Source of the DNA: the human T2T-CHM13v2.0 reference genome, Homo sapiens
Assembly: GCF_009914755.1 (NCBI RefSeq)
Contig: NC_060927.1
DNA: 64,000 bases
Reading direction: 5' to 3' (one strand)
Position 1 is the first letter of the stretch, and the number at the start of each line of letters is the position of its first letter. This document shows positions 13,701 through 26,620 of the stretch, one piece after another. Position numbers and translations under genes: made by a program. Under the pieces are notes generated by a model, which saw nothing but the letters and a program-made list of their open reading frames with translations, ran no database searches and had not been told where the DNA came from.

Positions 13701-15379
13701 TGGAAGACAGCAAAACTGAGACGGGGAGTCCCTGAGACCCTGGGACTAAAGCCAGGCCTGAAGCAGACAGGCTCTTCATGTACACAGCGGATCAACCCTT
13801 TGTGATTTAAGTTAGTGTGAATTGGGTTGTCTTTTACAGCAGAAAGCACCTTGACTAACCCATGTAGAGAAGAGGGTGACAGTGTGAGCTAAGCAGTAGA
13901 GCCTGCAATCCGTGAGAGGACAATCAGAAGGGGCAGAGGAGACATTGTTGGGCGGGCTGCGGTGGGCTTCTGTGGGGGCCAGGTGGGAGAGTTGGGGGTG
14001 ATGCCAAAGGGGACAGTGAAAAGATTTTGTGCTCATGGATTGGGAGAGGCTGTCAGTATTCAGGGCAGAAAAAAGGCCCGGGATAGCGCTGCATCGGGGG
14101 AATACCAGAGGCGGACAGGCAGCAAAGTCCGGTACTGACGAGCCATTAAGGCACCTGATGAAGAAGGCATGACAGGTGGCTGAGAGAATGGCGAGACCAC
14201 GGGGATAAATGGAGTTGGGAGCTTGGAAGAGGTAAAATTTAGTGCCAGACGTGGTAACTTGAGGAGGAAAGTTCTAAGAAAAAAACCGGAGGGTAGGGGG
14301 AAATATGGCTAACATATCTGAGCCAAGTGTGTGGATTTGAGAGCCATCAATCAAGGAGAGAAAGCAGAAGTCAAGGGATGAGATCCTCCCAAAGGTGCAC
14401 CTCAAAGGTATATAGTAGCAAATTCGAATCCGTATCTATTTTGCCTGAGGCTAGTTGTGCTAGGACACACAGGGTTGCTGTAGACCTCGAGCTGACAGCA
14501 AAGACCTCTCTGATAATCGCTGTTGGTCGTTTCATCTCCCACAGAGAAATCTGGTGGAAATCTCCACCAGCTGGAACCTAACATTTGCAATAAATGACCC
14601 ACAAATACTGATCAAACCAAATACAACCGTTCGCCTATCAGATGTCTAACGGGGCGTTACAGGCAGCCCTCAAGTGCTCTGAGGATCTTCAGCAGCGGCT
14701 CCAAGGAAGCCGCGGGCCGGGAGCAGGTGGGAAGGGCGACTGCGCGGGGCCACGACCTCCCCGGGTCTCTGCAGACCGTTGGAGACGGAGCAGCAGCGAG
14801 GACTAGAGCAACACAAGGCCGGATGTGTTCTGAGCCGGAAGAGGAGTGTGGGATAGGCCGAAAGGGGTGGGGGGTGGGGGGTGACAGTTTGGGTCTACGT
14901 GGCAGCAGGCGCACCCCAGACGCGCGCGCCCACCCGGCGATAGCATCAGCGGCGCCAGGGCAGGCACATGGCCCCAAAGCACCCACACTAGGGCCCGGGC
15001 CGGCCAGGGCTGTGTTCCTGGGCCTTGGCGCGCCTCCGCGCAGTCCCTGATCGCAGGTCAGGAGTTGTGAGGCACGCGAGAGCCCTGCGCGTCTGTGGTC
15101 GTGGTCCCTGCGCGCTCGGCTTGTCCGTGCCCGTGGCTTTGCACGCCGAGGGCTCTGCAGACTGACCAGTCTCTCCGGGCTGTGCTGGGCCTCCCAGAGG
15201 CAGTGTCCTCTCAGCAACCCCGCGCGGTCGCCCCCGCCCAGCCGCACCGCAACACCGCCTCCGGGGCGGAGCTCCAGGGCTCCTGGTGCAGGGCCGGCCG
15301 AACTGAGACGGGGCGCGGCGGGGTCGGCAGGGGGCGCTGCCGGGCCCCGCGAGCTCCCCGGTGGCGGGTGCGCGCCGCC

Positions 15380-15469
15380 CTCGCCTCCCCTCGCGCCGGG
15401 AGGAGCTGGCGGCGAGCGCCGAGCCGGGCGCGCAGCGACGGAGCTGGGGCCGGCCTGGGACCATGGGCG
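15380..15469 (+). other. PXYLP1: Exon 1 (5'UTR; start approximate) with an upstream ATG at 15463 in optimal Kozak context
   Basis: ggACCATGGgcg|GTGAGT donor at 15469/15470 inside the CpG island; agrees with my recollection of the ACPL2 cDNA 5' end. Confidence 0.8.
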
Positions 15470-15990
15470 GTGAGTGCGGCGCGGGCCTGGGCCGGGGCGG
15501 TTGCCGTTGGGGCCGAGCAGCGCAGAGGTTCTAGGCGGGTGGGCGTCCAGGGTCCGAGGTTGGGAGACTGAGGGGGTCCCCCTAACTCGCCAGTGGGAGA
15601 GGGGCGGGAAGGCTGGGGGCGCTTCGAAGCGTCGGGTCCGAATCCCGCGACTAAGCCTCCTCCTTTATCCCCGCGCTCGCCCCTGAGCCTAGGACTTGCG
15701 CCCTCTTTCCTGCCACTCCCCCCGTGCGCCCGGTGTCCCAGCCCCGGCGCCCGCCCCATAGCCCCCTTCTCCCAGAGCTGGCGCCGTCTCACGCCCGCTG
15801 CGAACCCCCGGCTCTGTCTCCAAGCCCTCGCCCCCCGCAGCCCCGCACTCTCCCGCGGAGCCCGCCTCCACCTCGCCCCCGCCCTTCCAGCCCTCTCCCG
15901 CACGGCCCCCGCACTCCCGCCGCTGGATTCCAGCCGAGATTCAAGCTCCCGGGATCCCCCTTCCCGGGCGGTCCTGAGCCGGCTAGTCTC

Positions 15991-15999
15991 CAGGTAAGG
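15991..15999 (+). other. Strong 5' splice site; candidate alternative first exon ending at 15993
   Basis: CAG|GTAAGG within the CpG island. Confidence 0.45.
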
Positions 16000-16727
16000 A
16001 GGCGGCCGCAACTTCGCGGCCTTTCCCGGAGACGGGGCTGGCTCCTCTTGGCAGCCACCTGCAGCCTGACGCCTCCGGGAGTCCCGGGCCTGGCCACGGG
16101 GCCGCCCGAGCGCAGGTTAACATTCCTGGATGCGCAGGTTAGGACCGTGTGGTGTAGACCCACGACGTTGCTTTTGCTGGTGAACTTGCCTATGTCCTGA
16201 TCTTTTAAATAAGCTGGGTTTGTCACACACACACACACAGAGAGAGAGAGAATGGATTTGCTTAGGGTAGGTTGCCTGCTTTGCAGCCGCAGCTGCCTTT
16301 TAAATTGTACCTGTGGATGGTAAAGGATTCACGGTGCAGGACGTGGAGCCATATTTTCCCGCTTCGGCTGTGAGTTCAGCGATTGCGAGGGGGCTCTGTA
16401 GTGAGTGAGGTTATCACCGCCTGGCTAGCCAGTGTCTTTGTGGAAAGGCAAGGATCCTTTGTAAGCATTCAACAAGTAAAATCAGGAGAGATGGGGAATC
16501 AGATCGAGCTGTGAATGGGGAAGTGTAGGGGGGTGGATGGGGGATCGGAGAGTGCTCCACAAATGGAGCCGTTTGTTGATATTTGCAGAAGGCCCGTGGG
16601 TGTGAAGCTGGCAGTGCGGAGCCCACCCTTTCAAACGGGATGCGACTGCGGTCGGGCTTGGCAGTAACTTACCCTCCTCAGAGGTGTTGGTGCCCAATCG
16701 GGACATCTGTGGGAAGGGGATTTATAG

Positions 16728-17150
<423 letters not shown>

Positions 17151-17774
17151 TTAATTGCTTATCTCAGAGAAAGGATGTGTAGGGGGAACTTCTCTGTTAG
17201 GGATTGGCTCCTGGCCAGCCCATCCTCACTGATGCCTTGGGAGGCTGCGTTTGGGCACCAGGAACAGCGTGGGCCACCTGGCCTTTGGAGCACAGCACTC
17301 CGAGTGTTTGTGGAACTGCAGTATCTGTAACTCTTTTTTCTATTGATCAGCTTGAATAGTTAGCTCAATATTACTTCACTATTGATTAGATAAGTAGCCC
17401 AAGGACATACTGGGGCTCAGTAGGGTCTCTCTGTCCAGAAATTCCCGTGGGCTTCTCCTTGGCCCTCCCTACACCGCTCTGTGATGAGTCGCTGTCAGAT
17501 GCCCCACTGTGCAGGAGCATCTTCAGGGATGGGTGGAAGGAACCACCTCTGTGGCCCCAGGTCCCTGCCTGGTCCCCCCTGTCTACCACATAGGGGTACT
17601 CAGTGTTTGTGAGGAAAAAAAATGGATGCCCCGGTGAATTAGTCTGAGTTCACAACCAATGTTTTCTACACTTTGCTACACTGTTCAAAATGTTACCCTT
17701 AAATTCAACAGTTTTTTTTTTTTAATGTGTCATATCACCAGAGACAAACTCATTTTTGTGTGTGTTTGGAGCAG

Positions 17775-17877
17775 TGAGTGCAATCTACGGATCAGTCTCT
17801 GATGGTGGGTCGTTAACCTCAGTGGGGACTCCAAGATTTCCATGAAGAAAATCAGTTGTCTTCATTCAAGAATTGGG
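17775..17877 (+). other. PXYLP1: 5'UTR cassette exon (103 nt)
   Basis: gcag|TGAGTG acceptor and GGG|GTAGGT donor; matches recalled long-5'UTR cDNA. Confidence 0.7.
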
Positions 17878-17935
17878 GTAGGTGGTGGTGGGCGCCCTTG
17901 GAAGCTACTAAGTTTGTCTGCTGAGGGTTGAGTCC

Positions 17936-18082
17936 ACCATAGCTTAACCTATAGTGCCCAGAGCTGTAGCCCCAGTCCCCTTTAACATTTCCTATCCCTG
18001 CCCACTGACGGAGGAAGCTCCCAGGGAGACAGGGTACCACTTGCAGAGCCCCACTGGCCACTTCAGATTGCACCATCCCCAC
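17936..18082 (+). repeat. Local direct repeat, copy 1 (~145 bp)
   Basis: gagctgtagccccagtcccctt...ggaggaagct.ccagggagacagggtaccacttg...tggccacttcagattgca, repeated at 18938-19078. Confidence 0.9.
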
Positions 18083-18444
18083 TCCAGTGGGTGTTGCTTC
18101 CTGTGGCGAGCTGGGAGTGCCTCTTCTTGCACATTTCTGGCACTGTGGCTTGCAGCTCTATTGGTGGGAGGGAGGTTGGTGTTTTGGGCCAGTGCTTTGG
18201 TCTCTTGGAGGTGGCTATAACCCACTGGCAGATGGGGCAAGGTCCAGCTCTTGTGCCTCTGTCAAAGGCCACCCCCAGGCAGTACAGCCAAATGCTGAGG
18301 GGGTGGGAACACCTCATGTCCCCCTTTTTTTGTGGGGGAATCTGGAAAGGGCTAAAATTGAGACTGCCACTTGGCTGTGGGAGCCTGCACTGCCCCTGGC
18401 TGTCACGAACTTATCTTTCTTACCCAGATTGTCTCTGTCTTCAG

Positions 18445-18515
18445 GTCTGGCTCAGAATTCCTGCAGCTGGTGAAAATCTGTTTTCTAGAAGAGGTTTAAT
18501 TAATGCCTGCAGTCT
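18445..18515 (+). other. PXYLP1: 5'UTR cassette exon (71 nt)
   Basis: Pyrimidine tract + tcag|GTCTGG acceptor; TCT|GTGAGT donor. Confidence 0.75.
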
Positions 18516-18937
18516 GTGAGTAAGAGAAAGGGAGGAGAGGGAGAAAGAGACATACTACTATCTAGAGGTGGGTGGGAGAAAGGATAGGAGAATGTTCAAG
18601 GTCCTGAAAATTCATAGGGGGAGATTTTGGCCCCAGAACCTGTCCCTGGACAAGGTTCCTGGTTGGTGGATAAGGAAGTGTGCCCACATTCCAGTGTAGG
18701 GGTTACCAGTTAGGAGCAAAGTCACTGAGATAGGAAAAATGACCCCATGGGAATCTGAAATCCATTTGCTGGGCCCATCATTCTGGTTTTGAGAAGGCCT
18801 TGAAAGCCAGCTGAGACTTGGGCTTAGCACGGCAGGAGAGCACTGAGCTGTTTGAAGTTTTTGAATGAGGTGTGTGCCCTTTTGGAAATAATGGCTTGAG
18901 CAAGATTGGTCTGGGGTTTGGCCTGGGAAGCCACTTT

Positions 18938-19078
18938 ACCATGGCTTAATTTATAGGCCCTGAGCTGTAGCCCCAGTCCCCTTTGACATCACCCATTTTC
19001 CAATGGAGGAAGCTTCCAGGGAGACAGGGTACCACTTGGAGAGCCCCCATGGCCACTTCAGATTGCAGCCATTGCCAC
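18938..19078 (+). repeat. Local direct repeat, copy 2
   Basis: Diverged copy of 17936-18082, about 1.0 kb downstream. Confidence 0.9.
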
Positions 19079-20954
19079 TTCATCTCACCTGAGGTGCTGA
19101 GGGGAGAGTCTAGGTAAGTGACAAAAGGAGCAGTGGCTTGGAAGGTCTGTGCACCTGTATTTAGGAGGTGAAGAAGAGGGAGCAGCTTTCTAGTAGGATG
19201 GTGGGCCTTTTGATAGAAGCATCTCCCAGGGACTCTTTTTGAACCTGCTGTGCAGCCTTGCAGGTAAACGACGGCCCATTGGAGCCTCTCAACCTGGAGA
19301 TGCTGCATGGCAGCCACGAGGAGGCACCCGTGAACCCAGAATGAATTTCAGGGTCCGCTCTGAGTCCAAAAGGCAGGAGGGCCCTGGCCAACTAACACCT
19401 AACTGAGCCACAGACTCTGGCCTGTTTATCCTCCACCCTCAAAACCAGCAGGCTTCTCTGACCCTTTTTGGACTTTGGCTGGGGAAGCCACTGGCTTTTG
19501 GAAAAAGTTCAGTCTGCAGTGATGGCGGGAACAATCTCAGGAGTCTGGAAGAAGTTAATGATTAAAAAGGCATGGAAGAAGAACTGGATGGCGGCTTGGG
19601 GAGTAGTTTCTGCAGTCAGGAGGCACCCTTCACCTCATTCCCTTGGCCCACAGTCATCTGTGCATGCGTCTGCCCCTCCCTCCATCAGTGGAGCTCCCTC
19701 TGAGCTGCGTACTCGAGGGTGGAGGAGAGTTTGGGGGAACTCAAACATGTGGTAGTAGAGACTGTAGTAACTTTAAAATTCTCTTTGTATTTGCAGAATC
19801 ATTTCCCCAATTTACACACTCATGTTTCAGTTTACAGGGCATCCTTTTGTCACCTGCTCGCCACCCTTATGCCCCTGGGTGTGACCAGCTTCCTCAGAAA
19901 GAGCTGTAATCAATAGCATATTGATTAAAAAGCATATTAAGATGAAAATTATTGCACCTGGTTTTGATGCCCCCACTCTCTCCCCTTTCCTCCTCCACTT
20001 CTGTTTGTGGTTACAGCCATCATTTACATTAAAGTTACAAATCATTTTGAATACTATTTGTCCCACCCCTCAGTTATTCAGAGACATGTGTCTTTTCAAC
20101 CAACAAAACCACAGCTTGCTTTCCTAAGCTTACCTCATTCTTGGATCTAACACCAACCTTCAGGCCTTCAGAGATCCAGCAGTATCATTTTGAGCTTTTA
20201 ACCGTAAAATAAAATGAAGCTCTTACTTGCTGTTTGTTCTCTGCAGACATAGGAGAATCTAGTTAGAATTAAACATTTACTGTCTTGTTAAGGCTTTATG
20301 CTTCTAAAATGAAAGTGGCAGTTGGATTACCGTAAAGTTAGTAAAGTTGTAGAACAAATTTTTGGAAGCTCAGAAATAATAATGGAGGGACTTACAGAAA
20401 TAAACTATTAAGCTTAAATCTTAAAACATAGATATAAATATGAACTATCTTGAAAGTATAGAAAATTTGGCAAGTATAGATTAATAAGTATATAATATTT
20501 TATGCAAGTTATATTAATTATTAGGATCATGCATTATGTTTATACAGTACCTTACTATATAAAAAAGCAACTTTGTCCATATCTCATTTGATTCAATAAG
20601 CCTGCGATCTGCTTAGAGATGGGGAGATGGGACCTTGGGATGGTTAAAAGGCTTCCTCTAGAATTCAGATCTCATAAGCAGAGAAATACTATGTAAACCT
20701 GGATATCCCTGCCCACGTTGCTTGATAACCAAATGTGGTTACATAGTTTTTTGAAAATTGTAGGTGGTCCTATTCTTAGGGATAAAAATAGGCATTGGTT
20801 TTCTCTAAAACTTTCTGCAAGTCAAACAAACAAACAAAAACTCTGTATGTAGCACCCAGAAACCTGAAAGGACTTCTCAAGGTTTGTAGATGTCAGAGGT
20901 TCTCTGTTGATGACTTCCTAATACTAGAGTACCTGAGTTGGTTGTGTATTCAGC

Positions 20955-21200
20955 ACAGTGCAGTGATTGAGTGTGTACATTCAGAGGCCAAACTGACTTT
21001 AAACCCTGGCTCTACCATTACTAGCAATGTACCCTTGAACAAGTTACTTCTCTGTGCCAGTTTCCTTATTTGTAAAATTTGGGTGGTGATAATAATACCT
21101 ACTTCATGGTACTGTTGTGAAACTGAAATATAATAATACATGATGAGGGCTTAGAAAAGCACCTACCACATGGTACATGCTTTAAAAATGTTAGCTGCTA
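20955..21200 (+). mobile_element. MIR SINE
   Basis: 'ccttgaacaagttacttctctgtgccagtttccttatttgtaaaat...aataatacctacttcat'. Confidence 0.75.
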
Positions 21201-22149
21201 TTCCTATTCATTTGTTTCTTAAAATTACCTTTTAGGCGCCAACTGACTGCACTGAGATGATGGATACAGGATAATAGTCTCTGTCCTCATGGAACAGAGG
21301 ACATTATATTTCAGTTTGTGGTGAAGGACATGAATGGCGGTGCAGATCGATTTCCAGGCACTTGCTCACTTACAGCCATGAGAGGCTGTGAAGGGGCTGA
21401 CCATGGGGTGGTGACCTTGCCAGCTCTTTGAAACAGGCACTCATTTTGACTCATCTGTGTCTGACACATGCTGGTTGTTTTAACTGTCACTCTTGGCCAC
21501 AGGTTGTTAGTGGGAAGCATGATAAGAGATCCTAGATCTGTTTAGTCACCTGGTTTTGCCAACACTATTTTTGGTCCTGGTTGACAGAATGCTGCCCTGG
21601 CTACTATTTTGGACTGGACTGGCTCTTCAGCAGCCCCAGAAACCTTTGGTACTATCAGAGACCCAGTTCTCTGAGCAAGAAATGGCACAGCTGCTCCTGA
21701 GAGCAGGTAGGGGACTAGCCAGAGGCAGGAAGCCAGAACACTGCATTTCCTGTGTCTGCCGTAGCTAGAAACTTCTTGACCCAAAGAAACTATGTTGACG
21801 GGCATGGGTTTCCTAACTGGTGCTGGAAAGAGAGGACCTTCCTCCTCAGACCTCGCTTTGCTTGCTCTGTGCGTCCTACAGAGAGGCTCCAGCATGGCAG
21901 CCTGCCCGACTAGCACCTGCCATCACGGAGCTGGCACGGCCTCCAGCAATGGGCTGTCGACCAGAAAATCCTTCTGTGATTGCTGCTTCAGGAACTCGAG
22001 TGCTTCTCTGCCTCGTTTGAGCGTGATTAGCCCAGCTTGTACTCAACATACACTGGAATACTTCATACCGATAAGTCAGCAGTCAGACTGGAAAACCAGT
22101 CATCAGTTATCTTAGTGGCAACCAGCTTATTTTTATTTACTTTAAACTA

Positions 22150-22590
22150 TGGTTGACCCTTGAACAACTCAGGGGTTAGGAGCACTGATTCCCCCCACCA
22201 TGGCCCCCCACAGTTGAAAATCCAAGTATAACTTTTAAATCCCCAATATTGTAACTATACATAGCCTACTGTTAGCCAGAAGCCTTACTGATAATGCAGT
22301 CAGTTAACACATATTTTGTATGTTGTATGTATTATATGCTGTATTCTCACAATAAGCTAGAGAAATGAAAATGTTATTAAGAAAATCATAAGGAAGAGAA
22401 AACATTTCCTATTCGTTAAGTGGAAGTGGATCATCATAAAGGTTTTATCCTCATTGTCTTCACATTGAGTAGGCTGAGAAGGAGGAAGAGGAGGGGTTGG
22501 TCTTGCTGTCTCAGGGGTGGCAGAGGCGGAAGAGAACCTACGTGTAAGTCGACCTGCTCAGTTCAAATCCGTGTTGTTCAAGGGTAGACC
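22150..22590. mobile_element. Tigger2a (MER28)-like non-autonomous DNA transposon
   Basis: TIRs ggttgacccttgaacaac ... gttgttcaagggtagacc; ~440 bp; body 'aagtggaagtggatcatcataaagg'. Confidence 0.8.
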
Positions 22591-23539
22591 TATGTCCTGG
22601 AAATTTTAAATGAAGTTTTGTCTTAAAAAAAAAAAAAAAACCTTGCCCCACACTTGTAAAACAAAGAAACAGCAAATAATGCCAACCTTTTGTATGTAGG
22701 GAGAATTAAGGTAAAAGGGGGAAAACCCTTTCTCTGTTTTACAAATGGCTCCCCAGGTGCTCTGACTTCTCTGGTCATGATCATCTCTTGATTTCCCAGA
22801 CTGGAACCTCTTTTGTCGCCAGTGTGTCTGTCTCCGTTGCAGTCCCTAATGGAAACACAGACCTGAAAAATCAAAGCTTGGGCATTTATGGTCGAAGGTC
22901 ATGGCATGGATGGTTGATTTTTTTTGGCTCTGTCTTCAAAGTGAAAAATCACTGTCTTCTTTGAGAAAGAAAGTATATTTTGGGAGGTGGCTAACGTCAG
23001 CAGGCAGGAAGATCTAAGCAAGCCTGTCTCATCCTCGGTTCACATAATTTCTAGCATTGCTAAGTTAGCAGCATATGATTTTTTTTCTCTTGTGCATCTT
23101 GCTCTAATGACTGCTGATTATCTTGAAACAGCTGCATTAATTGATGGTGTTTAACGACTCTACTTACACTAAGTAATTGCAGTTGGCTTGGCTGAGGATC
23201 CCGAGTTCTTTTTACTTGCTTTTTAGCTTGAGAAGTGTTTATTTACTCTGTGTGCCAAATGCCCGAAGGGGAGTTGGGAATGCCTCACCTCAGTGCCAGC
23301 CCACTGCCCAATGCTCACACTCTCCTGGGACATCATCATGTGCCACCACAGCATCCATTCCCTGTGTATTCTGATTGTCTGCTCATGGGCCTCTCTTCCA
23401 GCTTGATAGGGAGCCCCTAGAAAGCAGGGACCATACCCAGCTCATCTGTAAAGCTTTGGCCTTTAGCACAAGGACTGGCATGAAACAGGCCTCAATAAAA
23501 GTTGGGTGAATGAATGATGAGTGGTTGCAAAGCATATCA

Positions 23540-24205
23540 GTTATGAATGTGTCTGGCTGAAAGTAGCAGAAAGCCCTGGCTTAGTGGCTTAAGTAAATAG
23601 GGGTTTGTTTATCTTATGTAACAAAATGCGTGAAGATAGGTGATTGCTGGTGTTGGTTTCAGCAGCTGACATCTGTCTGTACTGACACTTGTGTTACTCT
23701 CTTGGCCTTTCCTTCATGATGGCAAAAAACACCAGCAAACCAGATGTCCCCTGACATTTCATGGCCAGAACTGTATCACATGGGTTGCCCCCAGTTAAAC
23801 GGGCCATGTGAGTGTGTAGTGGGGCACACTGAGGAAGGCTCACTGCTTAAACAAAGTATGTTTAATGGTTCAAATATGGTAGGCATTCACTTTTTGCTCA
23901 CACACAGTCCAAAATGGCTGTTTCTGCTTGGGGCTTTCCTCCAAGAGGATATTCAGGGACTCAGGCTCTCAAGGCTGCCATGCTCCTTTGCCTCACTCAG
24001 CTGAAGAGGAAGGAACATGGAGGATGGTGTGTGGGAGGATTTTGTGGGCCAGGCTCAGAGGTGCTGAACTACTGGCCCTGACATTCCACTGGCCAGGGCT
24101 CAGTCGTGTGAGCATACCTTCCAAGGGGAGGAAATGTGGTCCAGCCACATGCCCAGGAGGGAAAGGAGATGGGTATCACAATTAGCTGGCAGTCTCTGCT
24201 ACACT
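23540..24205. mobile_element. Old MLT1 (MaLR) LTR fragments
   Basis: 'agtggcttaagtaaataggggtttg', 'cacattccactggccag', 'ggaaatgtggtccagc', 'gcagtctctgctaca'. Confidence 0.5.
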
Positions 24206-26329
24206 GTCTGCCCCCTCCTCCCCCCAAAAATCAGGATTCTCTTAACAAGAAAGAATGAGTGGATATTGAGGGGCTAGTGGGGGTGTTTTCTTTAGAAGGA
24301 AATGCTGTGCTAAGAAGGCTCCAGCCAAAAGTCGTCTTCATCCCCAGGAGATCATCTGTTCTGAATCCCTGCTTCTGTTCCTACCTTTGGGAACTGGGCC
24401 AGATGACTCAGTAGGACAGTGGGAGGCCCTCATTATCCCCCTGTCTTGACACAGGACATGTTCTTAACAGCTTTGTGGGAATGTGTCCTAGTTGATTCAC
24501 ATCAGCAGTTGGAGGTTACCCCAGAGGAAGTGGTCTTTAGTCCCCCAAGGCCAGAGGAACCTATGAGAGCTCCCTGTTTTCAAGTGCCCCTGCCCACTCA
24601 ACCTTCCAAAGCTTCTCTTCCTCTCCAGCCCCCACCCCAACCCACATCTGGAGGGGAGGAGAGGACACAACAAAGAGTAACCTGATTCCCCTCTAATTCA
24701 TTAAAAAGTGTTTTCCCACTACTTCCTGCTAGTTTTCCTCAGTAATAATTGATGAGTGGTATATTGATATACTGGGCTGTAGTGCTTTATTCTTGTTTAG
24801 TTTGTCGTAGGTTTCTGTGATGGGGCTATTCCATCCGCAGCATTCTTCCTGGTGCTCACCCTTCCTTTTTCCCACCCTCCCTCCCTTCCCCTACACACCT
24901 GTTGAGCACCTGCTGCTTGCTCTGCTGTCTCTCCACCCAGCCCTGGGGAAGGTGGGCAAGGAAGCTGACATGAGTCTGTCGTGTTGATGAGTAGAGTGGG
25001 AGGGGTAGGCTCTGAGGGCTGTGGTTGCCCAGTATTGGAAGATGTCACCCAGCCTTGGGGTCAGGGAAGGCTTCCAGGGGAAGGTGGTGCTTAAGCTGAG
25101 TTTAAGGATAAGCAGGAGTTAACCAGGTCAAGAAGACATCTGGGCCAAGAGAGTGGAATGGGCACAGACATTGAGTTATGAAAAGGGGGAACAGCAAGTC
25201 GACTGTGCCAGAGTCGTGCGAGATGGTGTGGCCATTCACCCGTCCAACACTGCTGTGCCATGGGGCCTGGCCTTACAGGGTTTGCAGAAAAGGACCAGCC
25301 CCCATGGAACTCATGGGCTGGCTGTGAGAGGGGATGAGTCTGCAGAGGAGTTTGGGCCAGAATCTGAGGAGGGCTTGGCTGCTGTCCCAGACTCTGCTCT
25401 AAAGGGTCTGCTGCTGGAGGCTGAGTAGGAGAGGGGCCCCATCACTTGTGCCGTCACGTCTTGTGCCCTGTCCCTCTGTGTCTGATTCTTGACTGGTCCT
25501 TTGCCCGGGCATTACTCAGGCTATAAAAATAGAGGCTGGCACCAGAACTCCAGCATGTAGTTGGTGAAGAAAGCTGAAGCTGTCATTACATATCAAGATA
25601 CTTGCCAGGGAGATTTTTGATGGAGCACTTTCTTGGAGCCCAGAGGATGAAGTTCTAAAGTTGGCTTATAGTTTTTTTCTCCCTTGGACTTATACCAATG
25701 CTTCTGGCTACTCACTTGGAATATGTACTGGTTGTGCTTGTTACTCACCCCCGCCCCAGGCTCATACATGCCCTCGAGGACACATTGAAATGAACGCTCA
25801 ATCCTGAAATCCACCAAATGAGGGCTCGCCTTGCCACAGACTGGCCTGATTAGAGGGGCTGAGTCCTCTCCATGGGGCCCGCTGGAGGCTGGTGTGCAGT
25901 CCATCAGGTGTTCATGTCCCATATAAGGCAGGACACCCTGGCCCGAAAAAGGAACTTTCAGCACTGCCTGAGAAGGTAAGGGTTCTGATAACTGTGCTTT
26001 CTTTCCCTAAGGAAAAGAGGGCTGAGCCAGGGTTTAGCAAAGCTGTCAGCTGCCTTGATTGTGATGAATGGTTCCAAGGGTGATTTCCTTCGTTCTCCCT
26101 CCCAGCCCTGTTTATTAAGGTGGACTGGAGACAGTGCTGGGGGGTGGGGTACAGAGAGATGAACCATCATGCTAGTCTAAGCCAAGGGCTGAATGAACTG
26201 CACTTTGCTTCAAGCTGGGTTAATCTGTATTTGTAGACAGAGACTGAATAGTTTGATGCTGTTTTTTGGGTGCCTTCTTGGTCCAAGTGCTGCAGGGAAT
26301 GCAAATAATAATGAGAACGAAATCATGAC

Positions 26330-26620
26330 TGTCTTATGTTTTCCAGGATGGATCTCATCTAATCCCCTCCATGCCCCCTGAGGCAGGCAGCAATATTACA
26401 CTCCACTAGAATAGAAGCTCCATGAGGGCAGGAATTTGGGGCTGGTTTGGTCACTTCGAATCCCCAGCTTCTATAACTATCCTTGGCATAGAGCAGATGC
26501 TCAGTAAATATCTGAATGAATGAATGAATGAATTACTACTTGCAGGTGAGGACACTGCAGCTCAGAGAGATTAAATACCTTGCCCGAGCTGTTAGGTGGT
26601 GGAGTAAAAGGCCTGGTCTC
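26330..26620. mobile_element. MIR with nested L2 3' end
   Basis: MIR 'gcaggtgaggacactgcagctcagagagattaaata' flanking L2 tail 'gatgctcagtaaatatctgaatgaatgaatgaatgaa'. Confidence 0.6.

Larger units (their letters stand above)
14650..16200. promoter_or_regulatory. PXYLP1: CpG island promoter of PXYLP1
   Basis: Very GC- and CpG-rich compared with the flanks; GC boxes at 15231-15239 (cccccgccc) and 15263-15269 (ggggcgg); no obvious TATA box; contains a consensus donor. Confidence 0.9.

Noticed and set aside
14864-14882. G-quadruplex candidate GGGGTGGGGGGTGGGGGG upstream of exon 1
   Set aside because: Only three separated G-runs; common in CpG islands and not distinctive
14657-16238. Multiple 100-266 aa Arg/Pro/Gly/Ala-rich ORFs
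   Set aside because: Expected from stop-codon scarcity in a CpG island; no recognisable domain
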